From Amphiscolops sp. MND2022 (taxonomy: Eukaryota), in contig OZ076418.1 of assembly GCA_964187785.1 (NCBI GenBank), positions 24,490,001 through 24,554,000 of the forward strand: DNA of 64,000 nt, read 5' to 3'. This document shows, one piece after another, positions 13,301-26,200 of this stretch. A program made the position numbers and the translations under genes. Each line of letters opens with the position of its first letter. Within the stretch, counting starts at the first letter, position 1. The notes beneath the pieces are model-generated. The model ran no database searches, was not told where the DNA came from, and was given only the letters and a program-made list of their open reading frames with translations.

Positions 13301-13600
13301 ACAACTTCAAAACTTTTACTTGAAACCGTGAATGTTAACTTCATTTGTCCAAGATTTAATATTCAAAAACCTCCAAGCAAAATCACTAGATATGGAGTAC
13401 ACCTTCCAAAGGAAAATGTTCCGAGCTGCTTCTTGGTATGAATGGTGAAAACATTCATCGACAGCTAAAGTGGGTGCCCAGTAGGCCTAATTTTGAAGAG
13501 ACATCTGTAGATTCATGTTAGAAAAGTTCCTCAAAATGACCGCAAATTTGTGAAAACGTTTCCCAATTTTGGACACTTCTGGTGAAACCATGTGCAATTA
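10400..13600. repeat. Degenerate ~180-bp tandem array, interrupted by a family B element; may lie inside a larger repeat starting near 10290 (homologue at 56600-56830)
   Basis: GTTGTCCAGTAG-like anchor at 10627, 10803, 10987, 11171, 11888 and 12063. The 717-bp gap becomes ~180 bp after removing the ~537-bp insertion. Distal monomers are much more decayed, so the boundaries are approximate. Confidence 0.75.
11288..11824 (+). mobile_element. Family B Helentron/DINE-1-like non-autonomous element, complete
   Basis: 5' TTTTAGTCGGCGC subTIR with partial inverted repeat, internal microsatellite-like tract, 3' GCGCCGACT subTIR, short hairpin, then TTGTT. Strand is conventional. Confidence 0.75.
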
Positions 13601-15132
13601 TATAACAAACGGGATCGCTCAACTTTCCTGAATTTGCAAAGAACCTAATTTCAAGCTTTTATCATTTTTCAGAACCAAAAATTACCTCAAGAAGTACGCC
13701 TGAGACAAAGAAACTACTTTTTGCCCAACAGGAGTCACAATAACTCCAATTTTCCGGCAAAGTTCTATGATGGCGGAAATATGTTTAAATTTCTCAAGCC
13801 GAATTCCGCTATGAAAACAAGGGGTACTATTTGACCAAATGAAAGTTTCGGAAAGACGCACAGAATGGAAAAAACTGATTGGTAATTTCTAAAATCAATG
13901 AGAAACCTTGTCAGCTCCATATGATCAAAAGTTACAAAGAAGTCACCCTCAAGACTCGGGAAACTTATTTCTTTTACGGGAAACCTCACAAACTAAAAAT
14001 TGCAAAAAATGTTTTTCGAAAACTATTTTTTAAAAGTTATGGAAAATTTTTGATCGGTAAATCGCATATTGCCGAAAAAACGAAAAATGGCCAGATATCG
14101 CAGAAATAATAAAGTAAGGGTTTCCTCCAAAATGGGCTACGATGAATCAAAGCTTTTTTTTCGAACTTCTTTGCGTTTTTTTTAGTTCAATGGCTATTCT
14201 TGAGCCTCAAATATATGTAGTTGTAGAACAGTTTTGGGCGGGAATTATCTCGCTGCTCAGCGGGCGTCTTTTCTTTAAAACGTTCCTCGATTGCGTTAAC
14301 TAACAGTATTTCATTTTAAGTGAAAATTTAATCGTTTTGATGTAAGAATCGAACGAAAAGCAATTAAAATTCATTGTTTTTATATTTCCGATGCATGTTC
14401 ATAAAAATCATCAGACGTAGGAATACTTCAGGACTCTATCTAAAGTCCTTTTTTGAAAGAAATACCAAGGAATGCCAAATCTGCCAAACCAAAGCAATCA
14501 AAAGCAAGAAAGCATTTTATGCAGAAGACACTACAATCATAAACGCTAGAACAAAAAACTAAGCATTTCCTGAATGCTGGTTTAGCTAACTTTTCCGAAT
14601 AGCACAACAGTTTCAAACAAAGTAAATTGACTGTAAACATCAGGTTAAATGAAAGTATATTAGTTTCAGGCATACTGCTAACACTATGTAGAGCTGAACT
14701 AAAACGCAAAAACTTCAAAGCGACTAGTCAGTGAAAATAATTAGAAGTCTATACAGATCAAACAAAATCTGTCATACAAAAATTACATTAGTTAGGTGGC
14801 ACAATAAAAAAAGATTTTTTTTGCAAACTTATGTATAGCGGTTGATGGATGTATCCGAAAGATTTTCTACTCACATCGTTTTGCGCATGAAGCGTTCGAG
14901 GAAGTTTGCAAACAAATACGCATAAAACCAGCCAAAACGCATCTGAATTTCAGCAACTCAATAGCACACGACATTTATATATTGACCAAACGAAACGGAC
15001 TCGAAATCTTGTAAAACTAACTGACTAATCACCTAAGATCATCTAACCAAAGCCCACGAATGGCTCAAGGCCATAGATTTCATACCTGTAGGTTTTACAA
15101 ACTTTACTCAACAACTTAGGAATATTTTGGAT

Positions 15133-16333
15133 CCCTGGTCGAAGTTGCCGCGAAGTTTTACATGCACCTTCAAAAAATGCCGGCTAATTTTTTATAAAAC
15201 ATGGAAAATTCAGGGACCATGCCTGGAAAAATTTTGTAAAATTAACAGGTAACTTGTAAAATTTTTGTGAAATTACCAGGCAACTTGGAAAATGCTGGCA
15301 GCATTTCAAGGTGTTTTTAAAAAATTTCCCTGCAACCTATAAAACAATTTTTAAAAAAATCCATGTAGTTTTACTCAAAAAACTCGACAAAAAACTCTGA
15401 AAACGACCTTTCATTTTGAACTCAATTCTCATTCTGACGAAGTCTAATTTCTTCATTTCTAATGTTCTTGTAAAAAAATCAATAAGAATAAAACTGAATT
15501 AAATTCAATCAAAATATACAAAATTGAGTCATAATATACAAAATTATTGGCTCTTTTCTGTCCCAATCTTTTTTCAATTCAGATGATTCACCCAACACGT
15601 CATCACGCACATCAGCCACTCCCCAAAAACATCAAATTGACAGGGTCTGATTTTTCGGATTAGAATTTTTCATTTTCAAAATTTTTGTTGACTTTTTTTG
15701 ATAAAAATCGACAAATTTTTCAATTCATGAGACAAACTCCAGCAAACATGATTGTAAAAACCCAGAATAAGCCTTTCCAATAGTTTCCAAGGTTTTTTTT
15801 CATGTATTTTGGCGCTGAAAAATGTTTGGAAAAATTTGAATTTCGGACCAATCGAAACAGTCTTATTTTGATATTCCGTTCTAAAGTAGCCCTGAAAAAA
15901 TTGTGTAGAACTTCTATATGAAAATGAGTTTGTTTTTTTTTATTCCGAAAAGTGATAAATATTGCCTATTTCAACAGTTTCCATGAAAAAAAAATTTTCC
16001 ACTGAAAAAAGTTCCAGTAATACGAATTTGTTTGCCACACGGGCACTGGTTGACTATTTGTTTACGTCATATTGTAGCGTCTGTGCTTACAAAATTCGAG
16101 GCCTTGCCCACGAAAACCTACAAATTTTCGCGGGGAATTTGTCTTTAATTTCCTTGATGTTACTCTGAAAACCCGCTAAATTGTAAAGAAATCTTGATAA
16201 ATACCTGAAAAATTAGTGACGCAGCATGAAAATATTGAGCATGAAAACTTCTCTAAGCAGCTCCCAAAAACCTAATAAATTAGCCTTGCAACCTATAAAA
16301 GCATGTAAAACTTTCGGGCACTTTCAACTAGGG
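15133..16333. mobile_element. Longer family A-related element (CCC...GGG), TSD AT
   Basis: CCCTGGTCGAAGTTGCCGCGAAGTTTTACATGC vs reverse complement of the right end CCCTAGTTGAAAGTGCCCGAAAGTTTTACATGC; AT on both flanks. Confidence 0.75.
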
Positions 16334-16469
16334 ATGATCTAAAAAATTATGTTTCAGATGTTAGAGAATAATTGTTCAACCTATTTTACTGATTTTTGAA
16401 GCCAATCTCACTGAACCGAAAAATTCTTTTATTCTGTCGTTTTTGTTTAGAGTTGTCAATTACACTTTG

Positions 16470-16651
16470 AATTTTTTTAGTTACTAACTACTTGAATAAA
16501 CTTTACATTTTTATGAGCCGTTTCTAGTTACCGAATCTACGTCTTGAAATCCATTCATGTACATGAATGGATTTCAAGACGTAGATTCGGTAACTAGAAA
16601 CGGCTCATAAAAATGTAAAGTTTATTCAAGTAGTTAGTAACTAAAAAAATT
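16470..16651. repeat. Perfect 182-bp palindrome, no spacer
   Basis: 91-bp arms with no mismatch; centre CATGT|ACATG at 16560/16561. Confidence 0.95.
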
Positions 16652-16724
16652 TACTAACTAGTTAGAATTAGTAATTAGAATTAGAATTTACTAGTTAGTT
16701 AGTAATTTACTTTACTAGTTAGAA

Positions 16725-16856
16725 ACTTGTAAAAATTAGAATGCAAAAGAAAATTCTATTTGATTTTTCGAAGATGCTGTCACATGATACGTATCATGTG
16801 ACAGCATCTTCGAAAAATCAAATAGAATTTTCTTTTGCATTCTAATTTTTACAAGT
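16725..16856. repeat. Perfect 132-bp palindrome, no spacer
   Basis: 66-bp arms with no mismatch; centre GATAC|GTATC at 16790/16791. Confidence 0.95.
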
Positions 16857-18189
16857 CATTTTTTCAATCGTCGCACCAACGTGCCATTACACGTTTCAGA
16901 TAAATTTGTTGGTATATATTTTCTATTTCCTGTCGGCGCTGATTCCAATTGAAACAAGACCAACAACTCGTGCATTTTTAATTCACGACCAGAAAATCCA
17001 TGGTTCCATGAGGGCCAAAAAGGTGGTCATAAATGTTCTTAAAACTGACCACAAGTAGACGCTGCTTTACATGACCGGTTCTCTAGATGTACCGGAAAAG
17101 ATGCATCTATATGACTTAAAAAAGAATGGACCTGGGAGTCTAAAAAAACGTTTGAAAATGTATTCAGTTTGTACTTCTGTTTTCCATGACACAAGTCTGC
17201 AAATACTGCTTATGGTGTCAACTTGAAGCTTGAAGTCTTACATGAGTTTGTTCAACATAAAGTCAACATGAAGTTCTCTGAAAAGAAAGTAAAGGTGTCA
17301 CTGTCAAAACACTCGGGTCACGACTAGGCTGATCATTGTCTGGATCATATATGGCAACACACAAATCAGACAGATTTCTTACAATGCTCAAACATGAATC
17401 ATACATGACAGAGACTATGATCAGCTTGAATTCATGATCCTCTGTGGCCGATGCGATGATCAGTCTGGAATCACAAATGCGCTGGGGCTACAGTGGAAGG
17501 CAATATATACAAATAATTACTATCAATGGAAGCTGAAATCGAAAAATGATGGATTTTGAAGCTTAAATTGGAACGAACATTTAGGCCATTTTGACCTCAT
17601 GGACTCAAAAGTTATATTCCTGGTCAAAATTTTGGGATTTCTTTAGTGAACTGTAAATAGTCAACTGTTTAATTGTTGAAGAAATTGTTCGCTTTATAAA
17701 ATAAATATTCCTACCAGTGTTGCAAATGGGTCATGGGTCAGTGGTTCGTTTGGGTCACTATTTTTGACTGGTTCCACAGGGTCATGGGTCTGACACGGTG
17801 TCTACACTTCCAAGGGAGATTTCTGTTCCATTCTATATCAGTTTTGGATTAAACAGTTTTGTGAAATGCAAATAATGGCAATTGTAATTTCGTTTCCTGT
17901 TGTGCGGTGGAATTGAGTAAAGTAAAGTGGATGTGAATACTCAAGCAATCCTTCAATGTCTGTATTTATTGAGTTCACTTGTGCTAGTATGTAATCTTTG
18001 GAATCAGGCGAACTACAAACTGGACCATATATTTAGGAGAGAACCGTATTATATAACAAACCATTCGGATCGTGATGGTACTCTGTTGTAAAAACTGAAA
18101 CTTGAAAACGAGATCAATCCATTATAACTTCTGGTCTTAACAACTGACTAATTGGAGATCAATACCATCATCATCATCATAAGCGGTTT

Positions 18190-18640
18190 TTCCAGACAGG
18201 TATTGCCTTGGTAACCGTACCCAGCAGGTTCTATGCATCTTTGACGTTGTCGTCGTGGGGACAGGTGTCGTCCGCGAATTCAAGATCTGTGACTGCGACG
18301 TGGTCAAGTGCAATACCTGCGCGACACCCACAAGCAGCACAGGCCAAAATCCAGTCAGTCACCAAGTTGAACAGGAACTATGCAACGTTGGACTCTCAAG
18401 AACATATGTTCACGACACTCTCCGGCATTCCGAAGCTACTAGAAGTCTCTAGAGGGCTGGGTGTTATACTGAGTCGAAGGCCCCTTTGAAACTTATGAAC
18501 ACAGCCAGAGTGTTCCGCTCGAAGGCGCAACGCTATTCGAGGATCTGTCTGATGGCAAAGGTTTCGTCTCTATAACTTCTAGAATTTCGATCATTGACTT
18601 TGTTTTCTCTCCAGTGGTATGCATGGCGGCGGAAAACAAT
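18190..18640 (-). pseudogene. Degenerate non-LTR retrotransposon RT fragment (RTE-like)
   Basis: Minus-strand translation gives TFAIRQILE, VFISFKGAFDSV, FGMPESVVNI, FLFNLVTDWIL and VTDLEFADD (18267-18287), with stops, frameshifts and an internal deletion. Confidence 0.8.
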
Positions 18641-18954
18641 ATGTTCTTGAAATGCAATGTTTCAAGTAACATGCAATGTTGAAATGCAAGTGCGATCCAT
18701 TGGTAGTTAGCACATCAGAATACGTCCCCTTTCTTGTGACTACGGCTATATTTCATTCCTCTGGAGTCTCAACCTTGGTCCATATGTTTTAAAGCAAGAA
18801 AGTTAGAGCGAGATAAAAAAAAGTGGCCTAAAAATTAAAAAAAAACACAAAACATTTCAACTACTTTCGACCTTTATCGTAGCACTCTTCTCTTCCCAGA
18901 GATATTTGTACTTCAATCAGATCAATTATGAAAAAAGTAAGCATCAGATACAAA

Positions 18955-19439
18955 CAAGACGGGAACGTCTCAAGTCGGCGCTATATCTAAGGCTCAAAAA
19001 GCGCAAAACATTTTTTTGGAAAAAAACTTGAAATTTTCGAAAAAATTTTTTCTTCCGGAAAATGTCGCACAGAGCCGAAAAATGTAAAAGGGGGGACCCT
19101 TTTTGATTTATAAACACGCATTCTGTAGCAAAATAACAGGGGACCCTTTGGGGACATTAAAAAAATTTCGAAAAAAAATCTCACAGTGCCGAAAAAAAAT
19201 CGAAAGGGGGACCCTTTAGTCCCGTCCGGGCTTGTAGGTAACGTTTAAAAAGTAAATGAATGCGCTCCCCGTTTGCCTTTACCGGTCCAGTAGTTTAGTA
19301 CTGTATTTAGTAGTTTAGTAGTTGAACGTTAATTTTAACGTTCGTCGCTTCGAGTTTGTCTTAAATAAAAAAAAAAAGAAAAAAAACGAGTGACTGTAAT
19401 AGTCGGGCTCTTTTCTTAAGAAAAGCGCCGACTAAAAAA
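18955..19439 (-). mobile_element. Family B Helentron/DINE-like element, complete
   Basis: CAAGACGGGAACGTCTCAAGTCGGCGC at one end and AGTCGGGCTCTTTTCTTAAGAAAAGCGCCGACTAAAAA at the other; (TAGTAGTT)-like tract inside. Confidence 0.75.
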
Positions 19440-20339
19440 TGGTGATTGGTCATTGCTGAAAAGACGTTTTGTTGGGGGGAAGTGGCTGGCTTTCCATTTT
19501 GATTTGCATCACCCGTAGAACATTCCAAAAGCTCAAAAATTTTCTGCCATAGATGGTATAAATGTACAAATCGTTGTCATCGTCGTTCTTAGTAGAAGAA
19601 GTATGATTCTATGCATGAAATCGCATGGAACTGTTTCGGATTCAGAGTTGATACATTGTAGTAAAAGAATGAAGCTAGTGTCATTAATTTCGATAACTAT
19701 AATTCAGATTGAGTTTTGTTTGTAATCTTGATAGTTTTCTCTAGAAAAATTGCATCTTTTCTGTAGCTCAATTCTTTAACTGTTTTGCGTACCTTAGTGT
19801 TAATACTGTTGAGATTTGATTGCTGAAATGGAAATAGTTAAATAAAAATAATCTTTTGTCTCCTGGTGTTGATAAAATTAATCAATAACTAACTGTCTTA
19901 TACTTGGATACGTTCAAAACATGAACAATATAATTGACCACGGCGGAGGGGCTTGTTTCTAATCGTTCCATGTCTAGCCTGAATGGAAACTTGTCTTTGA
20001 AGTAATCCTAAATCCTAATAGAATGCCCCACATCCTTATTATATATGATTAGTCTTTATGTAGTCGAATTTCAAAACAATTCAAATTTCTATTCTAAGAT
20101 TGACATGTGGACAAATTTTCGAACATTATTGAACACATGTATACCTTCGGGTTTTTTCGAACATACAGTTCTGGCAAGGATGTGGCATCAATTCTTTGTA
20201 TGTAATTTTTATGATGGGTGGTTGGATCTAGGTATCTCAGGCCTTATTTCCTTGAAGCACACTTTCCAAGTTTTTCAGTACAACTAAAGTAAAGTATCTG
20301 ACATTATGATGACTTCATTCAGTTGAAATGAACTCGAGA

Positions 20340-20530
20340 AAGCACGAGCATGGAGAAACATTTCCGGATGCGCCAAAGTACGTTGTTCTACACCATCCAT
20401 CCAGAGATTGTCCTTGCCAGCTGTGTTATCTGGAAAAGCGTTATTTCCGGAAAGGTAATCAGTTTCAGACAGAAAACAGAAACAGGAAAGTGTTATTCCA
20501 CCTTTCTAATCAAGTCGAATGTCCAGCAAA
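20340..20530 (+). pseudogene. Possible decayed PIF/Harbinger transposase N-terminal fragment
   Basis: W..HFRMRQSTLF and TETGKCYSTF resemble the Harbinger FRMS..TF and LATG.SY motifs; a frameshift is required. Confidence 0.3.
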
Positions 20531-21674
20531 AATATTTTCTTTTCCTGAAATGTCTTCATCGTCAGCTGTGTCAATATTGATGCTATTTAAAAACAAAACC
20601 ATCACAAGGTTAAACATTAACACTCAATTAGAGCAAAAATTTTCATTGCATTATGATCTGAATATCCAACATTACTCTACTTTGCGGGTTAGACTACACC
20701 TTTAATTTTAAAAAAAATTACAAGATCTCGTGATTCAGGTGAAGAATAAGTACAAACATGTAACACTTTGAAGTGAGAAACACCATTTGTATTAAAAGTT
20801 GCTACTAATGAATCTGCTGTTACCTGATTTGTAATTCAGGCAAGCATCAAGACGATTAACAAAAGTTGCATAAAACGTTCGAGAAATGAAATTTAAACAG
20901 TTTTTCATTCCTTTCAATCATTTGTTCAAAACAAAACTCTTCGTTTTTCCTAATAAAGAGAGCTAAGTAGTCAAATAGTTTGTTGTTGAGCTCGTTGGCT
21001 TCTTTCATTCATGAAAACATTCCAAAATGGTCCAAAATACTTCGAACTCTAGAAAGATCATTTTGTATTTTTCGCCTTCATCAGGAATTTTGGATTTTTT
21101 AAATATTTCATTTTTGCGATTTAGAATTATGCTGAAAAATAATTGTGTTGCCTGGGAACACTATGGATAAAGACACCCACCAGAACATCTGAAAATTGTA
21201 CAAAACGTGCTTTACTTTGTCAAATTCTGAAAAAAATTGAATTTGAGGCATTTCAGATACAGTAGCTTTTTGCTTCGTCATTGAACATTTGAACCTACGA
21301 ACAAAGGTAAAATTTGAATAAACTTCTTTTAAAAATGTTACACATTGGAATTATTTGCAAATTTTGGCTTCTTGAAGCCTTTTTGGTGGTTTTTTTGGAG
21401 CAGTTTTTGGAAACCTTTTTTCTAAATTGGTACAAATATCTCTAACAGAACACATGCTACGAAGCTAATCTCTTGGTAGTTGAACTTTGTTGAAGTATTT
21501 TTATCATCTGTTTGCAAACTTGGAACAATGACAAATTGTTACAAAAAACGCGACGATGGAACAATTCCATTTCATGGTCAAATTTGACTTTTGCCAAATC
21601 TGCATGTCTTTATATGGAGGTCAACCCGGGGTGTTTCAGGAGTTTGTTTCAAAAGGATTGCTCGGAGCAATTAG

Positions 21675-21738
21675 CTGTCGTCGTATCCTCAGGAAAAGTT
21701 CTCTTCATCAACCTGCAGATAACGAGTGGAGACAGAGC
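21675..21738 (+). CDS. Candidate exon of unidentified + strand gene (VVVSSGKVLFINLQITSGDR); acceptor could instead be 21692 or 21719
   Basis: Open frame; donor GC|GTATAG (phase 2) is compatible with 22178. Confidence 0.35.
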
Positions 21739-22177
21739 GTATAGTATAGTTGTAATATAATCTGGGGTGAAGAAAATCCAATACGTACAGTGTTTAACCA
21801 ATAGTTTCCAGTGTCACAACAAAATTGAAATTGATGACCTTTATCACACATTCGGTCCGCAAGGAGAGTGTATGTGGTAGCCTTTTCAGCTTGTAAAATT
21901 TCGAATCAAAGTTTTTTCATCAGAAGGTTAAAATAGTAAATTTGTTAGAGCCAAATGAAGTGATACAATTTAATTGCATTCGCCTAATGATCTAAAGACA
22001 CAGTTAGCGTTCACCAACATTATTGGAAAGGATTGAACAGAGGTCGCTATTGTAGCTAATGCAATTCAGCAGCAGTAATTGCTGCCAAAACGGTAAAAAT
22101 GACGTCATGTCTTGAAATAATTTGCAGTTTTTCTACGATTGAAATTCAACAGTGAAAATGTGGGTAACTTACATTAG

Positions 22178-22221
22178 TCCGAGTATACGTCATTCGGTTA
22201 CTACCTTAGTTGAATCTACTG
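22178..22221 (+). CDS. Candidate exon (PSIRHSVTTLVEST)
   Basis: Acceptor TAACTTACATTAG, consensus donor G|GTAAGT, single open frame, phase 2 to 1. Confidence 0.5.
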
Positions 22222-22229
22222 GTAAGTTT

Positions 22230-23217
22230 TTCATGTTGCTTCCATGCATGCAAGACCATTTTTTCAAGAGCATGCATGAGCCTGCTTTGGAAAACGTTGT
22301 AGGATTACAATACAGCTTCCACTATATCAATTACAACTGAAAATATGTCCACTTCTTCACCGTCTCGGTCACTTTGTTTTCACAACCCTAGACGCGACTG
22401 CTGGAAATTTTCCATGCTGCAGGCCTGTACGCAGGTTGAATATTCATAAAACTAGAAAATTCAGTAAGCTTCTTGCGGTAAGTCTTGTAGATTCACACTG
22501 CAGCTCACGCTTTGGGATTTAAAAAAGGAAATGTTTTCCACTTCGTTAGACATGATCATGTCGTAACCACACTTTGTTTTCCCAGTTACTCATCTATTGT
22601 GATCGACGCTTCTCAAATAGCCCGCTAAACATGGTGCTAATGTGCTGCATACTACGTAACTGAAGGCATTTTGCACTAAAATGGCGTTAAAACTGACAGC
22701 AACGTAGTTGTATTAAAAAGTAGAGCTGATCCTCAATTAAACATGCAAAACTTCAAGTCTTAAATAGCCGCCAAATGTAGTCTACTCCTCGCAAGCAGCT
22801 TGATAAAGGTCCCATAGTTGAAACTGCTTGAATTTTTACAAGTTTTGATTTTTTATATGATTTTCTGAAATTCCTAAGGAAACATTCATGCAATAATATT
22901 TCACTGATTCGATTTCTTTTCATCGAGTTGCCTATAAGCTGCATGCAAAATTGGACGGCCATTCGGAGCCACAACAGGTTTGCAGGTTTTATTGGCGAGC
23001 AAATTTAATTTTGAAAGCAGCTGAGACCATCAATTTTACTGCAATTTCAATGTAATATATTTCAATCAGATGATAAGTTTCAAAGTATCGTCAAATTCAG
23101 TGTGCTATTCGACTAACGGTGATTATAGAAGGTACTTACTTGAGAAACCTAAGCATGAAAACAGAGTGATGGCGACGGTTAAGACGTGGAAAAAAAGCTC
23201 AAGCAATCTCGACAGGG
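22230..23217. mobile_element. Nested cluster of family A elements; last copy 22811-23217 has TSD GT
   Basis: Family A internal sequence at 22230-22385, a new CCCTAG terminus near 22387, another terminus at 22811 ending GGG at 23217 with GT on both sides. Confidence 0.65.
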
Positions 23218-26200
23218 GTCGAATACAACAGGGGAACATTTTCGCAAGAACGTTTCCGTAAGAGTTGCCGGCCTCTTCAAAGTGCATGCAAAAAGTTTGA
23301 ATCAGTTTCTTCAAGGGAATTCCTCTTCTTTGGTATTTAACTTATATAATCACTTTTATTCCAATTTTCCAATTGCACGCTGAATATGGCAGCTCTAACA
23401 AGAGAAAATCGTTTAGTATAAAAGATTCCAAATATCTCTCACAACCCGTCAGAAACTACAACCGGCATGTAGCATTAAGTGTTGAGCTCTTGAAAAAACC
23501 TCGCAAGAAAACCGACAAACTGTTTTCAGAAGCCATTTGAATTATCAATCACGCACCACAGAGGCTTCCAATCTTTCTAAGTCCAGAGTTTCTAACTCCC
23601 GGACTACACTGGAGCTTTATGTTTCGCGATATCATTAACGTTAGTTCATATTACATAAATTGAAAATCAAGTCTTGAACATTTCAAATTTTATAGAAATT
23701 CTACGTTTGAACGGCAACAAAAATAGTTCGACGACGAAGTTGCTAGGATTTCGCATTCATCAGCAAACATAGCAATTTGACTGCCTGAAAAATTTTAAAC
23801 TTCAGTTATCTTCAAGTTGGATTCGGGATAACTCTCTTTTCTGGAATTGTTTGTTTTCTGTAGTTCTTCAGTTTACTAATATCATCTTGTAAGTTATCCG
23901 CTTCCATTTCACTGTTTCGTGCCGTTCTCGCAGTCGAAACAGCGACCAGTTTTTTCATTGTTAAGAAGCTTGTTTTCAAAATTGGAAAAGTCTTTGAACA
24001 AACATCTGCCTTACTTTGATGCTCCCGCACAAATTACATCATCATAGACGCTCGCACTTAAAAAAGCACGGCAATATTCACACTACGGAGCAAAAAAACT
24101 CAAAACCTCGTGTCTTATTCTAAACAACACACTAAACCTCGAAACGTTCCTTGATGTAAGTTCGAGACTCTAAGGAAAAAATACATATTTTTTTGTTGAA
24201 GCATGTTGAAAATGATGTCTCCAAGAAAAGTAAATAAAAACCCATTTTTGATGTTTTCAGACAATCTTTTTTATTGGAGCAATTGACGAGATAGTTAAAA
24301 GTTTATAACAGAATAAACATTGATAACTAATTAAACCAAAACGCTTGATAAAAGATATGTACATTTTAAATCATTGTTAAAACATATTCAAGCATACATA
24401 AGTCATTAGGATCTGTTTTTCTGTTATATGAAAGAAGATGAGACGTTTTTATTGGACCTGATACCCCATGTTTTAAAAAATGATGTCCCCTTTTGGTGTT
24501 TTGATGTCATTTTAATTGCTAACGAATGATGTCGATGAGAACAGAGGTGCACCTGTGGTTCCTGATATGTTGGTGTCAGACCAAATGGTATCACTACAGA
24601 AAATGAAAACCTAAAGTTGTCATCGCTTTTTCCTATGCATCATATATTCTCTATATATGCATTGTTCAAAATCTACTACCTCAGTACCCTGCGGGGCTAT
24701 AAATGTCCACAAACCACTCATTAAAGTCTCATTTATCAAGCAGGACAGATTAGAGAAACGAAAAAAATCTAAATACTTCCATATTAATAAGATTTACGCC
24801 ATACCACTTGTTCATTGCCTTCAAAAACGCCTTAGCTTTTAATTGAGTTCAAGTTTCTCCAATTATTTCTCAGAGCGAGTTTGTTTCAGTTTTTAGAGAG
24901 TGAAGCCCTTGAAACTGCGCTAGGGAGTTTTTGAAAGTAATTTTGTCTAATTTTTTGCGAAGTTCAATTTTACCTGTAAATAATTGAACTTGTTTGCTGT
25001 GTTAAAATCCATTATCACCGATTTTGATTGGTTTACACCAGCAAAAATCCCTTAGCAGTTCAATGCTCAAATCGATTGCCTTGTGGGAAAATTCTGAAGC
25101 TTTTTTACCTGTCACAGCAGGAAACAGCTGACCAACTTGAAATTACGCAGCTTGTGTTCAAAGCGCCCTCTTTATAGCAACAACATTGTGGCACAGACGA
25201 CGACAAAAGTCGCCATAGAACAGACATAGACATTGCAATTAATCTCTAGATAGCGTCTAACTTATGACCAGCCTCAGATACAATTGTTTAGATGTATTCA
25301 CATAATCTCATGAGATTCAATGATCTTTTCTGAAATCTGATTGAGGACGTACTCGTGTCTAGGATTTCAGATAAACCAGATAGAATGCATTGTTTTCCAT
25401 TTTTTATTCCTTTCTGAACATTCCTAGCGTCAAAATACAATAAAAATGGAAAATGCATTCACTTTCAAGAAAATACTCGAGCTGAAAGAACTAGGAACTG
25501 GGAACTATGATGAGACTCATCAAATTCATCAAAAGAGCTTTCAGTCTCAAGTTCGATCCTTGGACTTCTTAGCGGCTCCTCGCGTTTGAAATTCTGAAAT
25601 TTTTCTGAAATTCCTAAGGAAACATTCATGCAATAATATTTCACTGATTCGATTTCTTTTCATCGAGTTGCCTATAAGCTGCATGCAAAATTGGACGGCC
25701 ATTCGGAGCCACAACAGGTTTGCAGGTTTTATTGGCGAGCAAATTTAATTTTGAAAGCAGCTGAAACCATCAATTTTACTGCAATTTCAATGTAATATAT
25801 TTCAATCAGATGATAAGTTTCAAAGTATCGTCAAATTCAGTGTGCTATTCGACTAACGGTGATTATAGAAGGTACTTACTTGAGAAACCTAAGCATGAAA
25901 ACAGAGTGATGGCGACGGTTAAGACGTGGAAAAAAAGCTCAAGCAATCTCGACAGGGGTCGAATACAACAGGGGAACATTTTCGCAAGAACGTTTCCGTA
26001 AGAGTTGCCGGCCTCTTCAAAGTGCATGCAAAAAGTTTGAATCAGTTTCTTCAAGGGAATTCCTCTTCTTTGGTATTTAACTTATATAATCACTTTTATT
26101 CCAATTTTCCAATTGCACGCTGAATATGGCAGCTCTAACAAGAGAAAATCGTTTAGTATAAAAGATTCCAAATATCTCTCACAACCCGTCAGAAACTACA

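Noticed and set aside
17240-17490. Minus-strand two-exon candidate (PQRICDSRLIIASATEDHEFKLIIVSV / ELHVDFMLNKLM*)
   Set aside because: The plus strand is equally open, there is no recognisable homology, and a possible hAT-like end lies near 17716; unresolved.
18196-18452. Cys-rich + strand terminal exon (RYCLGNRTQQVLCIFDVVVVG...VKCNTC)
   Set aside because: It is the antisense shadow of the RTE-like RT fragment; the minus strand carries several ordered RT motifs.
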